Below are positions 54,884-64,000 of a stretch of 64,000 bases of DNA, piece after piece (positions within the stretch are counted from its first letter, which is position 1; each line of letters opens with the position of its first letter). The stretch lies in NCBI GenBank assembly GCA_963847445.1, contig CAWJZV010000014.1:64001-128000 (forward strand), in the 5' to 3' direction. A program made the position numbers and the translations under genes. Below the pieces are notes generated by a model. That model worked only from the letters and a program-made list of their open reading frames with translations. It ran no database searches and was not told the DNA's origin. This DNA is from an uncultured delta proteobacterium (GTDB lineage: Bacteria > Desulfobacterota > Binatia > UBA9968).

Positions 54884-55787
54884 TTGACAGCGGACAGCAC
54901 GGCGAATACATTCGCGTCACCCGATCCCGAAGGAGCGCGCCACGGCGAAACCAGAACCAGAAGCCTTCGATCTAGTCTCCGTCGACGAATCGAATCCGCT
55001 GACCACCAACCGGTTGTGGCAGCGCACCCGCGAGATTCTATCCGATTGGCTCGGCGTCATCGGCGTCGTCGGCTTTTTCCTCGGCTGGGAGCTCTCGACC
55101 CGGCTGGAGATCATCAATCCTTTCTACTTTCCGCCCTTCAGTAAGATCATCGCCAAAGGCTACGAGCTTTTCGCCAACGGCTCCATCTGGGAGCATATGT
55201 GGTTTAGCCTGACCAACTTCTTGATCGGCTTTGCCATCTCGGTGGTGCTCGGCGTGGTCATGGGCGTGCCCATGGGTTGGTACCGGGCGGTGCACAAGAC
55301 CTTCGATCCGCTCCTATCCGGCATTTACGCCACGCCGCTGATCGCCTTGCTGCCGCTGATCATCATGATGTTCGGCTTGGGCTCGGTGTCGAAAATCATC
55401 ATGACGATCCTCGCCGCGGTGTTTCCGATCCTGATCAACACCATGGTCGGCATCGCCAACACCGACAACCGTTTGATCACCATGTCGCGGGCGTTCGGCG
55501 CGCGCGACAGCCAGATCTTCATGAAAGTGTCGCTGCCCGGCTCGCTGCCTTATATCGTCGCCGGCATGCGCGTCGCCTTGGGCCGCGCGCTGGTGTATAT
55601 CGTCGTCGCCGAGCAATACGGCGCGGCCACCGGTCTCGGTTATCTGAGTTCGGTGGCGGCGCAGCGCTTTCAGATGGCCGCGATGTTCGTTCCCATCGTC
55701 ATCATCGCCGGCCTGGGCGCCGGCTTGAACGAGACCCTCAAGGCCATCGAGCACCGTCTCGACAAGTGGAAACCGCAAAAAGCTTAA
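54884..55787 (+). CDS. ABC transporter permease (SsuC/TauC-like); start uncertain
   Basis: PLIALLPL, FPILINT, LPGSLPYIVAG.R, VVAE. Confidence 0.88.
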
Positions 55788-55810
55788 ACCAATCGTTTCG
55801 GGAGGATTGC

Positions 55811-56800
55811 ATGAAGTTGACCGGAAAAATCGTCGCGCTCGGTTTCTTTGTCCTGGTGCTGGCCGAAGTCAGCCATGGCGCCGACGCCCTGCGCAAAATG
55901 ACCGTCGGCCAGGCCGGCGTAAACCCAGGCGCTGGGCTATTCTCCATCGCCGTCAATCAGGGCTTCTACAAGAAGCATGGCCTCGACGTCGAGATAATCA
56001 AAACCAACACCACCGCCGCCGTCCAGGCGATGCTCGCCAACAAAATGCAGATGGCCACCGGTGCCGGCATGGCCGCTTTCGTCACCGCCAATCTCGAAGG
56101 CGCGCCTGGCTTCACCCTGGTCGGCTCCTGGGTGAACGTTTTCCCGTACAAGATCATGGCGCAGAAAGGCATCAGGAAGGTCGAAGACCTCAAAGGCAAG
56201 ACCGGCCATGTCGGCGCGCCCTTCGGCACCATCCCCGACACCGCGCTGCGTTTCGCCTTGGGCCGGCTGAAGATCGACGCGGATAAGGACGTCAAGTTGG
56301 TGCAGCACTCCAACGCCGATCCCGCCAGCATACTGGCCGCCATGGAAAAAGGCGAGGTGCAGTTCGGCATCCTGGCGCCGCCCTTCGATTTGATCGCCGA
56401 GCGGCGCGGTTATGAAATGCTGCTGGCGTTGCCCGGCTTGGGTATTCCCTGGCAGCAAAACGGCGAGATCGTGCCGACCGCGTACTTGAAAGCCAATCGC
56501 GACAACGTCGTCCGGCTGATGCGCGCCACCGCCGACGCTTCCAAGTTCTACTTCGACAACAAGGACAAGACTCTCGAAATCATGGCCGAATATCTCGGCC
56601 GTCCGCGCGACGAAACCGAGTACGCCTACAATCAATTCAGACGTTGGGTCGACAAGAGCCACCGGCCGCAGGTGGAAACGATCAAGACCACCTTGGAAGC
56701 GATCAAGAAAAATACTCCCAAAGCCGCCGGCGCCAACGCCGCCTCCTATATCGACACCAGCATCGTCGACCAGCTGATTAAGGAAGGGTATTACAAATAG
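55811..56800 (+). CDS. ABC substrate-binding protein, SsuA/NMT1-like
   Basis: Signal peptide after GGAGG, GFYKKHGLDV, DLKGKT. Confidence 0.87.
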   Translation: MKLTGKIVALGFFVLVLAEVSHGADALRKMTVGQAGVNPGAGLFSIAVNQGFYKKHGLDVEIIKTNTTAAVQAMLANKMQMATGAGMAAFVTANLEGAPGFTLVGSWVNVFPYKIMAQKGIRKVEDLKGKTGHVGAPFGTIPDTALRFALGRLKIDADKDVKLVQHSNADPASILAAMEKGEVQFGILAPPFDLIAERRGYEMLLALPGLGIPWQQNGEIVPTAYLKANRDNVVRLMRATADASKFYFDNKDKTLEIMAEYLGRPRDETEYAYNQFRRWVDKSHRPQVETIKTTLEAIKKNTPKAAGANAASYIDTSIVDQLIKEGYYK

Positions 56801-56813
56801 CACAGGCATTCGT

Positions 56814-56881
56814 CGAGGATAGAAGATGGAGGATAGAAATCGCGGGTCTGAAATCCATCTCTATCTCAATCCTCTATCTCG
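56814..56881. repeat. Palindromic element with heptamer arms (GAGGATA/GAAGATG versus TCTATCT/TCCTCTA)
   Basis: Direct reading. Confidence 0.7.
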
Positions 56882-56962
56882 GCCTTTTCTCCCACGCTGT
56901 TTGACCGCATTCACGGTCGAGTGTTAGCATCCGCGCAGTTTGTGTTTAAGGAGAACTCATTC

Positions 56963-58096
56963 GTGAAACTTTATAATTTCGATCTGCTCGCCTATCCGCA
57001 TGTGCCCGCCGACGCGCCGCGCACGCCGGTGCCGAGCAGCTATTTCGATCCGGTCAAAGGCGCGGCCAATTACGCCGAGCATTTGGATGAGATGACCTAC
57101 TGTGAGGAGCTGGGCTTCGACGGCGTGGTTTTCAACGAGCATCACTACAGCGCCTACGGCACCATGCCCTCGCCCAACCTGATCGCCTCGGCGTTGAGCC
57201 AGCGAACCAAGAAAATCAAAATCGGCGTCCTCGGCAACATCCTGCCGCTGCGCAATCACCCGGTGCGCGTCGCCGAAGAATACGCCATGATCGACTGCTT
57301 CAGTAACGGCCGGTTGATCGCCGGCTTCGTCCGCGGCATCCCGCCGGAATATATTTGGTACGGCGTCAATCCCGAAGAATCGCGCGGCCGCTTCGAAGAA
57401 GCTTACAACTTGATCATGACCGCCTGGACCGAACCGGTGTGGAGCCATGAAGGCAAATTTTTTAAATTGCACGACTGCGCCATCTGGCCGCGGCCGGTGC
57501 AACAGCCCCATCCGCCGATCTGGATCGCCGCGCGCAGCGCGGAATCGATCGAATGGTGCGTCAAGCGCCATCTGCCCTGCGCCCAGGTTTACCAGACCAC
57601 CGGTCAGATCGAGGATACTTTCAGCTACTACCGCGCCCAGGCCAAAGAAGCGGGCTGGGACGCCAAACCGGAGCAGTTCATCCTGTGCCGCCATATCTAC
57701 ATCGACGACACCGAGCAAAAAGCCCGGGCGAACATTGAAGCGGCGATGGCTTATTTTTTCACCGTCTTCAACCGCGGCTTCAACGAAGCGATCAACAAAG
57801 ACGCGGTGGACAAACAGTTGCAGGCCGCCCTGACCAGCGAACGTTCTTTCAGCTACTTCCGCGAAGGCAATCGCGAACGTTTCGATTTTTCGAAGATGGA
57901 TTACGATGGCTTGATCAAATCCGGCTATCTGATCGCCGGCAACCCCGACAGCGTCGCCAAACAGATCCAAGACCAGATGAAGCAAGTCGGCGCCGACCAC
58001 TTCATGGGCATGTTCCACATCGGCAACCTGAAACATGACAAGGTGATCAACTCGCTCAATCTGTTCACCAAAGAGATCATGCCGCGACTGCACTAA
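56963..58096 (+). CDS. LLM-class flavin-dependent oxidoreductase
   Basis: FNEHH, PVRVAEEYA..D..S.GRL, PRPVQQPHPP. Confidence 0.92.
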   Translation: MKLYNFDLLAYPHVPADAPRTPVPSSYFDPVKGAANYAEHLDEMTYCEELGFDGVVFNEHHYSAYGTMPSPNLIASALSQRTKKIKIGVLGNILPLRNHPVRVAEEYAMIDCFSNGRLIAGFVRGIPPEYIWYGVNPEESRGRFEEAYNLIMTAWTEPVWSHEGKFFKLHDCAIWPRPVQQPHPPIWIAARSAESIEWCVKRHLPCAQVYQTTGQIEDTFSYYRAQAKEAGWDAKPEQFILCRHIYIDDTEQKARANIEAAMAYFFTVFNRGFNEAINKDAVDKQLQAALTSERSFSYFREGNRERFDFSKMDYDGLIKSGYLIAGNPDSVAKQIQDQMKQVGADHFMGMFHIGNLKHDKVINSLNLFTKEIMPRLH

Positions 58097-58112
58097 CCGG
58101 CGGCGAACGGAA

Positions 58113-58184
58113 TTGGAGTCATGGAGTGGTGGAGTGATGGGTCCGGATTCGCAACACTCCATGACTCCAACACTCCAACACCCC
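58113..58184. repeat. Complete palindromic GGAGT/ACTCC octamer-arm element
   Basis: ttggagtcatggagtggtggagtgatgg ... caacactccatgactccaacactccaac. Confidence 0.85.
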
Positions 58185-58199
58185 CGGGGAGGCTTGCGA

Positions 58200-59185
58200 A
58201 TGATCCATCGAGCGCGTATCTGCCGTCTGGTATTCGCTTTTTTTGCGATCACCGCTTTCTTAATGCTGGGGTGGCCCCTCCGCCCTCGCCCAACCCGTGC
58301 GCATCGCTGTCGGCGCCGCCAGCATATCGTCACTGCCAACCTGGGTGGCTCAGGACAGCGGTTTCTTCACTCGGGAGGGCGTGCCGGCGGAATTGATCTT
58401 CATTCGCGGCGGGCCGCAGACGATGTCAGCCCTGATAAGCGGCGAGGTTCCCTTCGCGCAAATTTACGGCGGTGCGGTGATCGCCGCAGCATTGACTGGC
58501 GCGGACGTGGTCATCGTCGCCGGGATCGTCAACTCGCCGTTCTTTTCCATCGTCACCACCAAAGGCATCGACAAGCCGGAGGATCTGCGCGGTAAAAAAA
58601 TCGGCATCACCACCTTCGGCTCGGCGACGGACTTCGCCCTCCGCCTGGCGCTGAAAAAATGGCACATCAAGGCGGACAGTGAAGTGAGCATCCTGCAGAT
58701 GCGCGGCGTGCCGGAAATGCTCCCGGCAATGGCGGCGGGGGCGCTCCACGGCGGAGTCATGTCGCCGCCGACCAACATGATCGCGATTCGCGCCGGCTAC
58801 AAAGAGCTGGCGTTCTTGCCGCAGATCGGCGTTTCGTTTCAACACACCAGCTTGGCGACCAGCAGGAAATATTTAGAGCGCAATCGGCCGGCGGCGCTGA
58901 AAGTGATGCGCGCCTATCGCGCCGCCATCGAACGGATTAAAGCCGACAAGGCCTTCACCGTGAAAACTCTCGGCGAAATACATGAACACCCAGGACAACG
59001 TGGTGTTGGACTACAGCTACAACACCGGCGAGCCGCTGTTTCGCCCGCTCTCCTACCCGACCATGGAAGGAATCCAAGCGGCGCTCGATTTTTTGGGCGA
59101 CAAAGAACCCAAGGCAAAACTCGCGCAGCCGAAAGACTTCGTCGATGCCAGCCTGCTCGACGAGATCGCCAAAGCGGCGCGCTAA
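58200..59185 (+). CDS. ABC substrate-binding protein, SsuA/NMT1-like (frameshifted)
   Basis: WVAQDSGFF, DLRGKKIGITTFGSATD, FVDASLL. Confidence 0.85.
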
Positions 59186-59208
59186 CACAGCGTCACCGAG
59201 GAGTCTGA

Positions 59209-60182
59209 ATGATAATCGAGCCGAACTAACCGAGTTGTCCGCCGCTTCGCGACTATTTGTCCTTTTGCTCCTATCGATCCTATCCGTCCGATCGATTGCC
59301 GCCCAAGAGCGCATCACCTTGGGCTTGACCACGCGCAACGGCAGCACTTCGCTGCCCTATGTGGTCGCCGAGGAAAAAGGCTTTTTCAAGGCCGAGGGGC
59401 TGAACGCCATCGTCGTGATTATGCAGAACCAGGTGGTGGTCAACGGCGTGTTCAGCCGCCATGTCGATTACGGCGGCACGTTTTCAAACTTCGTCGGCGC
59501 GGCGATGTCCGGCGCGCCGGTGCGCATCGTCATGTCGGTGATGGACGGCGCCGACCATTTTCTCGTCACCAGCCCGAGCATCAAGCGGGTCGAAGATTTG
59601 AAGGGCAAGACGTTCGGCATCAGCAGCTTCGGCGGCACGCCGCACAGCGAAGCCATCGCGATCTTGAACAAATATAACCTGAATCCGGATAAAGACGTGA
59701 CCTTCTTGCAGGTCGGCGGCAGCTCGGCGCGCTACCTGTCGCTGGAGAGCGGCTCGATCCAGGCCGCCATGATCGTGCCGCCGTTCAATCACCTGGCCAA
59801 GAAGCGCGGCTTCAATCAACTGCTCGGCTTCAACGACATCATGAGCATGCCGGTCGGCGGCCTGGCGGTGCACACGCAAAAGATGAAGGAGAAGCCCGAT
59901 GAGATCGTCAAGATGATCCGCGCTTTGATCAAGAGCCTGGAATTTATTCGCACGCGCAAGGCCGATGTCCTGGCGATCATCGACAAACAATGGGGCATCA
60001 AAGAAGCCGATGTCAGAGAAGAGATGTACCGCGAAATGATCGGCCTGTTCAGCCGCACCGGCATCGGCCCCGACGAAAGCATGCGCAACGTCATCCGGCT
60101 TGGTGCGCGAACCCGCAAGAACGCGCCGGAGGTCGGCATCGCCGATGTGGCGGACTGGAGCTTTGCGCGCAAAGCGCAGTGA
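59209..60182 (+). CDS. ABC substrate-binding protein, SsuA/NMT1-like (start uncertain)
   Basis: AEEKGFFKAEGL, DLKGKTFGISSFG, VADWSF. Confidence 0.85.
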
Positions 60183-60195
60183 CGGAGAACGTAGT

Positions 60196-60269
60196 CCGTG
60201 TTCGTGGCTCGTGATCGTAATTCGGATCCGGTCTGAAAACGAACACGATCACGAACTCGACGAACACGG
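60196..60269. repeat. Palindromic element with TCGTG / CACGA hexamer-type arms between convergent genes
   Basis: ccgtgttcgtggctcgtgatcgt ... acgaacacgatcacgaactcgacgaacacgg. Confidence 0.8.
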
Positions 60270-60279
60270 CTTTCAATTT

Positions 60280-61266
60280 CTAGCCGCCCAGTTTCTTAAA
60301 GAACCCTTCCTTCTCCAGCTCGTCCATCAACGAGTGATCGACGAACTCTTCCGCCTTGCGATTTTTGAAGTCGGGGTTTTGCTCGGCGTAGAAATTGATC
60401 GTATCGCGCACGCCGCTCATGTTGACGCGCGGCGGAAATGAAAAGCGCGGCGCGAAGTAGTCGTAAGTCGATCGTACGGTCTCTGGATCTTCGACCCGCA
60501 TGCGGTTGGCAAATACCTTCATGGTTCTCTCGCGATCGGTCTTGATCGTGTGGATCGCTTCGGCGTAGGCGCGCAGGAATCGTTTCACCCGGTCGCGATT
60601 CTCCCTGAGTGAGCTGCCTTTCACGTATAAGGAAGATTGGGTGAAGTTGCTGCTCATATCGCCCATGTCGGCCAACACTCGATAGCCGGCTTTGACCGCG
60701 ATCGTCAGATGCGGCGGCGAGAGAATCGTCGCATCCATGCGCCCCGCCATCAGCGAACCCAAGCGCGTCGGCGCGTCGCCGCCGATGACGATTTGAATAT
60801 CGGCGAGTTTCAAGCCCCACTCTTTGAGCGCGAGTTGCAGGGCGAGATCGTTGGAACCGCCGTAGTTGAGGATATTGACCCGCTTGCCGCGCAAGTCGTT
60901 GGGAGAGCGAATGTCGGGCCGGACGACGAAGGCGTAGGGGAATTTGTTGTAAGACGCCGCGATGACTTTTATGTCCGAGCCTCTGACCGCGGCCGCCAGC
61001 GGCCCAGTCGCCGACCCGGTGGAAAAGTGCGTGCTGTTACCCAGCAGCGCGGCGACGGAGCGCGCCGCGCCGGTGATCATGATCACCTCGACGTCGAGCC
61101 CGTGCTTCTCGAAAATCTTTAAATCCTTGGCAACCCAGGTCGCGCTTTGAAACCCGGCGTGACCGCCGTAATCGGCGATCAGTTTCTCCGCCGCCATCTG
61201 CGGTTTCATGCCTACCGAGAAAATAGACCCAACAAACCGAGCACAAACACCGTTGGCATGTTTCAT
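60280..61266 (-). CDS. ABC substrate-binding protein, SsuA/NMT1-like
   Basis: WVAKDLKIFEKHGLDV, DLRGKR, FVDHSLMDELEKEGFF. Confidence 0.87.
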   Translation of the reverse strand: MKHANGVCARFVGSIFSVGMKPQMAAEKLIADYGGHAGFQSATWVAKDLKIFEKHGLDVEVIMITGAARSVAALLGNSTHFSTGSATGPLAAAVRGSDIKVIAASYNKFPYAFVVRPDIRSPNDLRGKRVNILNYGGSNDLALQLALKEWGLKLADIQIVIGGDAPTRLGSLMAGRMDATILSPPHLTIAVKAGYRVLADMGDMSSNFTQSSLYVKGSSLRENRDRVKRFLRAYAEAIHTIKTDRERTMKVFANRMRVEDPETVRSTYDYFAPRFSFPPRVNMSGVRDTINFYAEQNPDFKNRKAEEFVDHSLMDELEKEGFFKKLGG

Positions 61267-61394
61267 CTCACGCTCCTTTCGGCACGCGGAATAATAGGTG
61301 GTTTGCCACCATACGGTCAAGATAGTTGGCGCTTTGCTTGACAGCTTCACGGCGCTGAAATATCTCTCCAAAGACCAAGAAAGGAACCCATATT

Positions 61395-62590
61395 ATGAGC
61401 ATCAGAGGAAAAACCGCGGTGGTTGGCATCGGCGAAACGCCCGACGGACCGGCTCGGCAGCAAACCCGGCGAGCCGCGCAAGTCGACCGCCGAGTATCTC
61501 GCCTGGGCAGCGCGTCTGGCGATCGAAGACGCCGGCTTGACCAAGAAGGATTTCGACGGCCAGGGTTTGGCGGCGATTTACACGACCAATCATTCGCAGC
61601 CCTTCTGGCCCGAAGAAGTGGCGGCGATACTCGGCATCACACCGGGAGTATCCCTCGCCGGCGGCAACGGCGGCGCCAGCTCGGTATCGCTGTTGGGCCA
61701 CGCCGCAGCGGCGATCTCCGCCGGGTCTTTGCGATTTCGTTCTGGTCATCGCCGCAGCCGCGCCCTTCAGCGAGCACGGCGGCCATCGCGGCGCCCACGG
61801 CGACACCCGCGACTTCGAGATGCCCTTCGGCGTCATGGGACCCAATTGCAAGATTTCTTTCGTCATGAGCCGCTACATGCATGAGTCGGGCATGACCGAC
61901 GACCACTTCGGCAAAGTCGCCGTCACCGGCCGCTATCATGCCTCGCTCAATCCCAACGCCTATTTGCGAAAGCCGATCACCCTCGAAGACTACAAAAAAT
62001 CGCGCATGATCTCCGATCCGATCCGCCTGTTCGACTGCGTCATGCCGGCCAACGGCGGCAAAGCCTACATCATGACGTCGGCGGAGCGGGCAAAAACCAT
62101 GCGCAAGCCGCCGGTCTATCTGCTCGGCTGGGGCGAGTGCAACAACGCCAGCTTCGGGCCGCGCTATCGCGCCAATCCGTTGATCACCGGCATCACCGAC
62201 GCCGGCAAGCGCGCCTTCGCCATGTCGGGAGTCGCGCACAAAGATATTCGCTGTTTGAATCTCTACGACGACTATATTCCGGTGGTCATGATTCAGATCG
62301 AGGATCTCGGCTTCTGCGGCCGCAACGACAAAGCCTTCTTCGAGAAAACCGATTTCACGTTCAAAGGCGACCTGCCGATCCAAACCAGCGGCGGCATGAT
62401 CAACTGCGGCCAGCCGTCGACCACCGGCGGCATGCTGCATGTCATCGAAACCGTCCGGCAGATCCGCGGCGAAGGCGGCGAGCGCCAGGTGCCGAATATC
62501 AAGTTCGGTATCAGCACCGGCGTCGGCGCGGTCAACTACGGCAAGAATTTCGGCTGCACCGCCGCGGCGATCCTCGGCAGCGAATCGTAA
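61395..62590 (+). CDS. Thiolase family protein (SCP-x / lipid-transfer type), frameshifted
   Basis: AVVGIGET, LNPNAY, LFDC, LYDDY, LPIQTSGG, Q.RGE.GERQV. Confidence 0.88.
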
Positions 62591-62612
62591 GCGTGCGTGA
62601 CGATGAATTCGT

Positions 62613-62676
62613 TTCACCACGAAGGCACGAAGGCACGAAGTTCGCGAATTCATTCCGAACTTCGTGATCTTCGTGC
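62613..62676. repeat. CACGAAG palindromic element (truncated right arm)
   Basis: ttcaccacgaaggcacgaaggcacgaag ... cttcgtgatcttcgtg. Confidence 0.8.
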
Positions 62677-62713
62677 TCGAACGAATATCTCACGCATACC
62701 TCAGGAGTTCACC

Positions 62714-63144
62714 ATGGCAGAAGAAAAAGTATTTAAAAAACCTCTCCCCGAAGTGACCCCGGTCAACCAACCCTTCTGGGATGGCGCCAAAGCCGGCAAA
62801 TTGATGATGCAGAAATGCGCCAACTGCTCGCACCTGGGTTTTCCCGCCGCGTCCGGTGTGCGGCGATTGCGCCAGCGAAAAACTCGACTGGGTGCAGGTC
62901 AGCGGCAAAGGCAAAGATCTTTTGCTTCACGATCATTCGTGAAGTCGTCGGCACCGCGCTGCGCGGCTTCGGGCCCGACATCCCCTATGTCACCGCCTGG
63001 GTCGATCTCGACGACGGCCCGCGCCTGTGCAGCAACGTCATCGGCTGCCCCATCGAGCAAGTGAAGATCGACATGCCGGTCGTGACCGTGTTCGAAGATA
63101 CCGGCGACGGCATCACGCTGCCGAAGTTCAAACCGGCGGCGTAG
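62714..63144 (+). CDS. Zn-ribbon / OB-fold (DUF35) thiolase partner, frameshifted
   Basis: PFWDG..AGKL..QKC..C, PYV.AWVDLDDGPR, LPKFKP. Confidence 0.88.
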
Positions 63145-63219
63145 CTAAGCATTTTTGACATGACGGGCCGCTAGCTCTGCCGCCCGCTACTGATTGGCGC
63201 TTGGTTGAACCGTTGAATC

Positions 63220-63516
63220 ATGGCTGCGAAATTCGAATGGGATAACCGAAAAGCCAAAACTAACAGAGCCAAGCATCGAGTTTCCTTCGATGAGGCACTC
63301 ACAGTATTTGCCGATCCGCTGGCGCGAATTTTTGACGATATTGACCACTCAAACTCAGAAAGACGCGAGATCATCGTTGGCTGTTCAGCGCGGCAGCGCT
63401 TACTGCTAGTGTGTTTTGTCGAAAAAGGAGCTACAATCCGGATCGTAAGTGCAAGGACTGCTACCCGTAGAGAGCGCCGCGATTATGAAGAAAACCAGAG
63501 CACGCAAGAAGATTAA
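63220..63516 (+). CDS. brnT: BrnT family toxin
   Basis: FEWDNRKAKTNRAKHRVSF...IRIVSARTATRRE. Confidence 0.92.
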   Translation: MAAKFEWDNRKAKTNRAKHRVSFDEALTVFADPLARIFDDIDHSNSERREIIVGCSARQRLLLVCFVEKGATIRIVSARTATRRERRDYEENQSTQED

Positions 63517-63738
63517 CCGCGATACGGTAACAGACATGAGACCGGAATATCGTTTCGACTATCGAAACAGCACATCCCAACCGATTTGCCCACTTGATGC
63601 GCGAAACCACCGTGACGGTGTACACTCGATCCCGATGTCGCAAGAGTTTTCCAAAGTTCCGCTTCGGTTAATTCACTCTTGCGTTCGGTTATTTCTGCAT
63701 TCCCCAGGCAGCCCAGAAAACAAGCAAAATCAGCTTAA
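63485..63738 (+). CDS. BrnA-like antitoxin (frameshifted)
   Basis: DMRPEYRFDY...NRFA...LDPDVARVFQSSASVNSLLRS across frames; overlaps brnT. Confidence 0.75.
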
Positions 63739-63814
63739 CATTCGTTTACGTGCGGCCGCTGGAAATCGAATAGCGAATAAACCACTGGGATTAGAACTGC
63801 GTCCTATTCCTAGT

Positions 63815-64000
63815 TCATCGCCCGGTAATCACCGCGATCCCCGCCACCAACAAGATCGAACCGATCACCACCAGTCGGGTGATCTTCTCCTCGCCGCGCA
63901 AAAACATCGCCGTGAAAGCGATGATGAACAACGGTGTGGTGTTGATGATCGGACTGACCACCGATACCTCGCCGGCGTGCAAGGCGTGAAAGTTAAATAG
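63815..64000 (-). CDS. DMT/EamA family transporter, C-terminal part (runs off window)
   Basis: ALHAGEVSVVSPIINTTPLFIIAFTAMFLRGEEKITRLVVIGSILLVAGIAVITGR*. Confidence 0.82.
   Translation of the reverse strand, partial: LFNFHALHAGEVSVVSPIINTTPLFIIAFTAMFLRGEEKITRLVVIGSILLVAGIAVITGR

Noticed and set aside
55277-55810. Apparent N-terminal extension fusing permease and binding protein (507-aa ORF)
   Set aside because: Out-of-frame overlap with the permease; the real start is ATG 55811 after GGAGG, followed by a signal peptide
63732-63800. Possible attC after the brnT/antitoxin pair (GCTTAAC at the stop codon)
   Set aside because: No convincing stem and no matching GTTRRRY
1-64000. Many frameshifted genes read as mass pseudogenisation or programmed frameshifting
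   Set aside because: Single-base indels are scattered across all gene types with otherwise intact motifs; uncorrected long-read error is the simpler explanation

Overview
GC-rich bacterial chromosomal segment. The gene content (many SsuA/NMT1-like, TAXI and TTT solute-binding proteins, amidohydrolase-2, LLM oxidoreductases, CoA-transferase, thiolase plus OB-fold) resembles Candidatus Binatia-like soil 'Deltaproteobacteria'; this taxonomy is inferred. Many genes are split by single-base indels, most likely uncorrected long-read errors, so I joined them by eye and their ends are approximate. Highlights: (1) a MamK-like actin directly downstream of a membrane-anchored peptidoglycan amidase, with no other magnetosome genes in the window; (2) a stand-alone C-A-T-TE NRPS with an atypical C-domain motif, preceded by a degenerate copy of the 5' end of the downstream panE-like gene; (3) one clear and one weaker integron-type gene cassette without an integrase; (4) five tandem TAXI binding proteins for one TRAP permease, four of them with RBS/start inside an intergenic repeat; (5) many intergenic palindromic elements made of inverted 6-9-mer tandem arms of different sequence, often sharing a TCGGA/TCCGA inner motif, nesting inside each other and in one place bracketing whole genes; (6) three toxin-antitoxin pairs plus TA remnants. 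No rRNA, tRNA, CRISPR, transposase or integrase was recognised.
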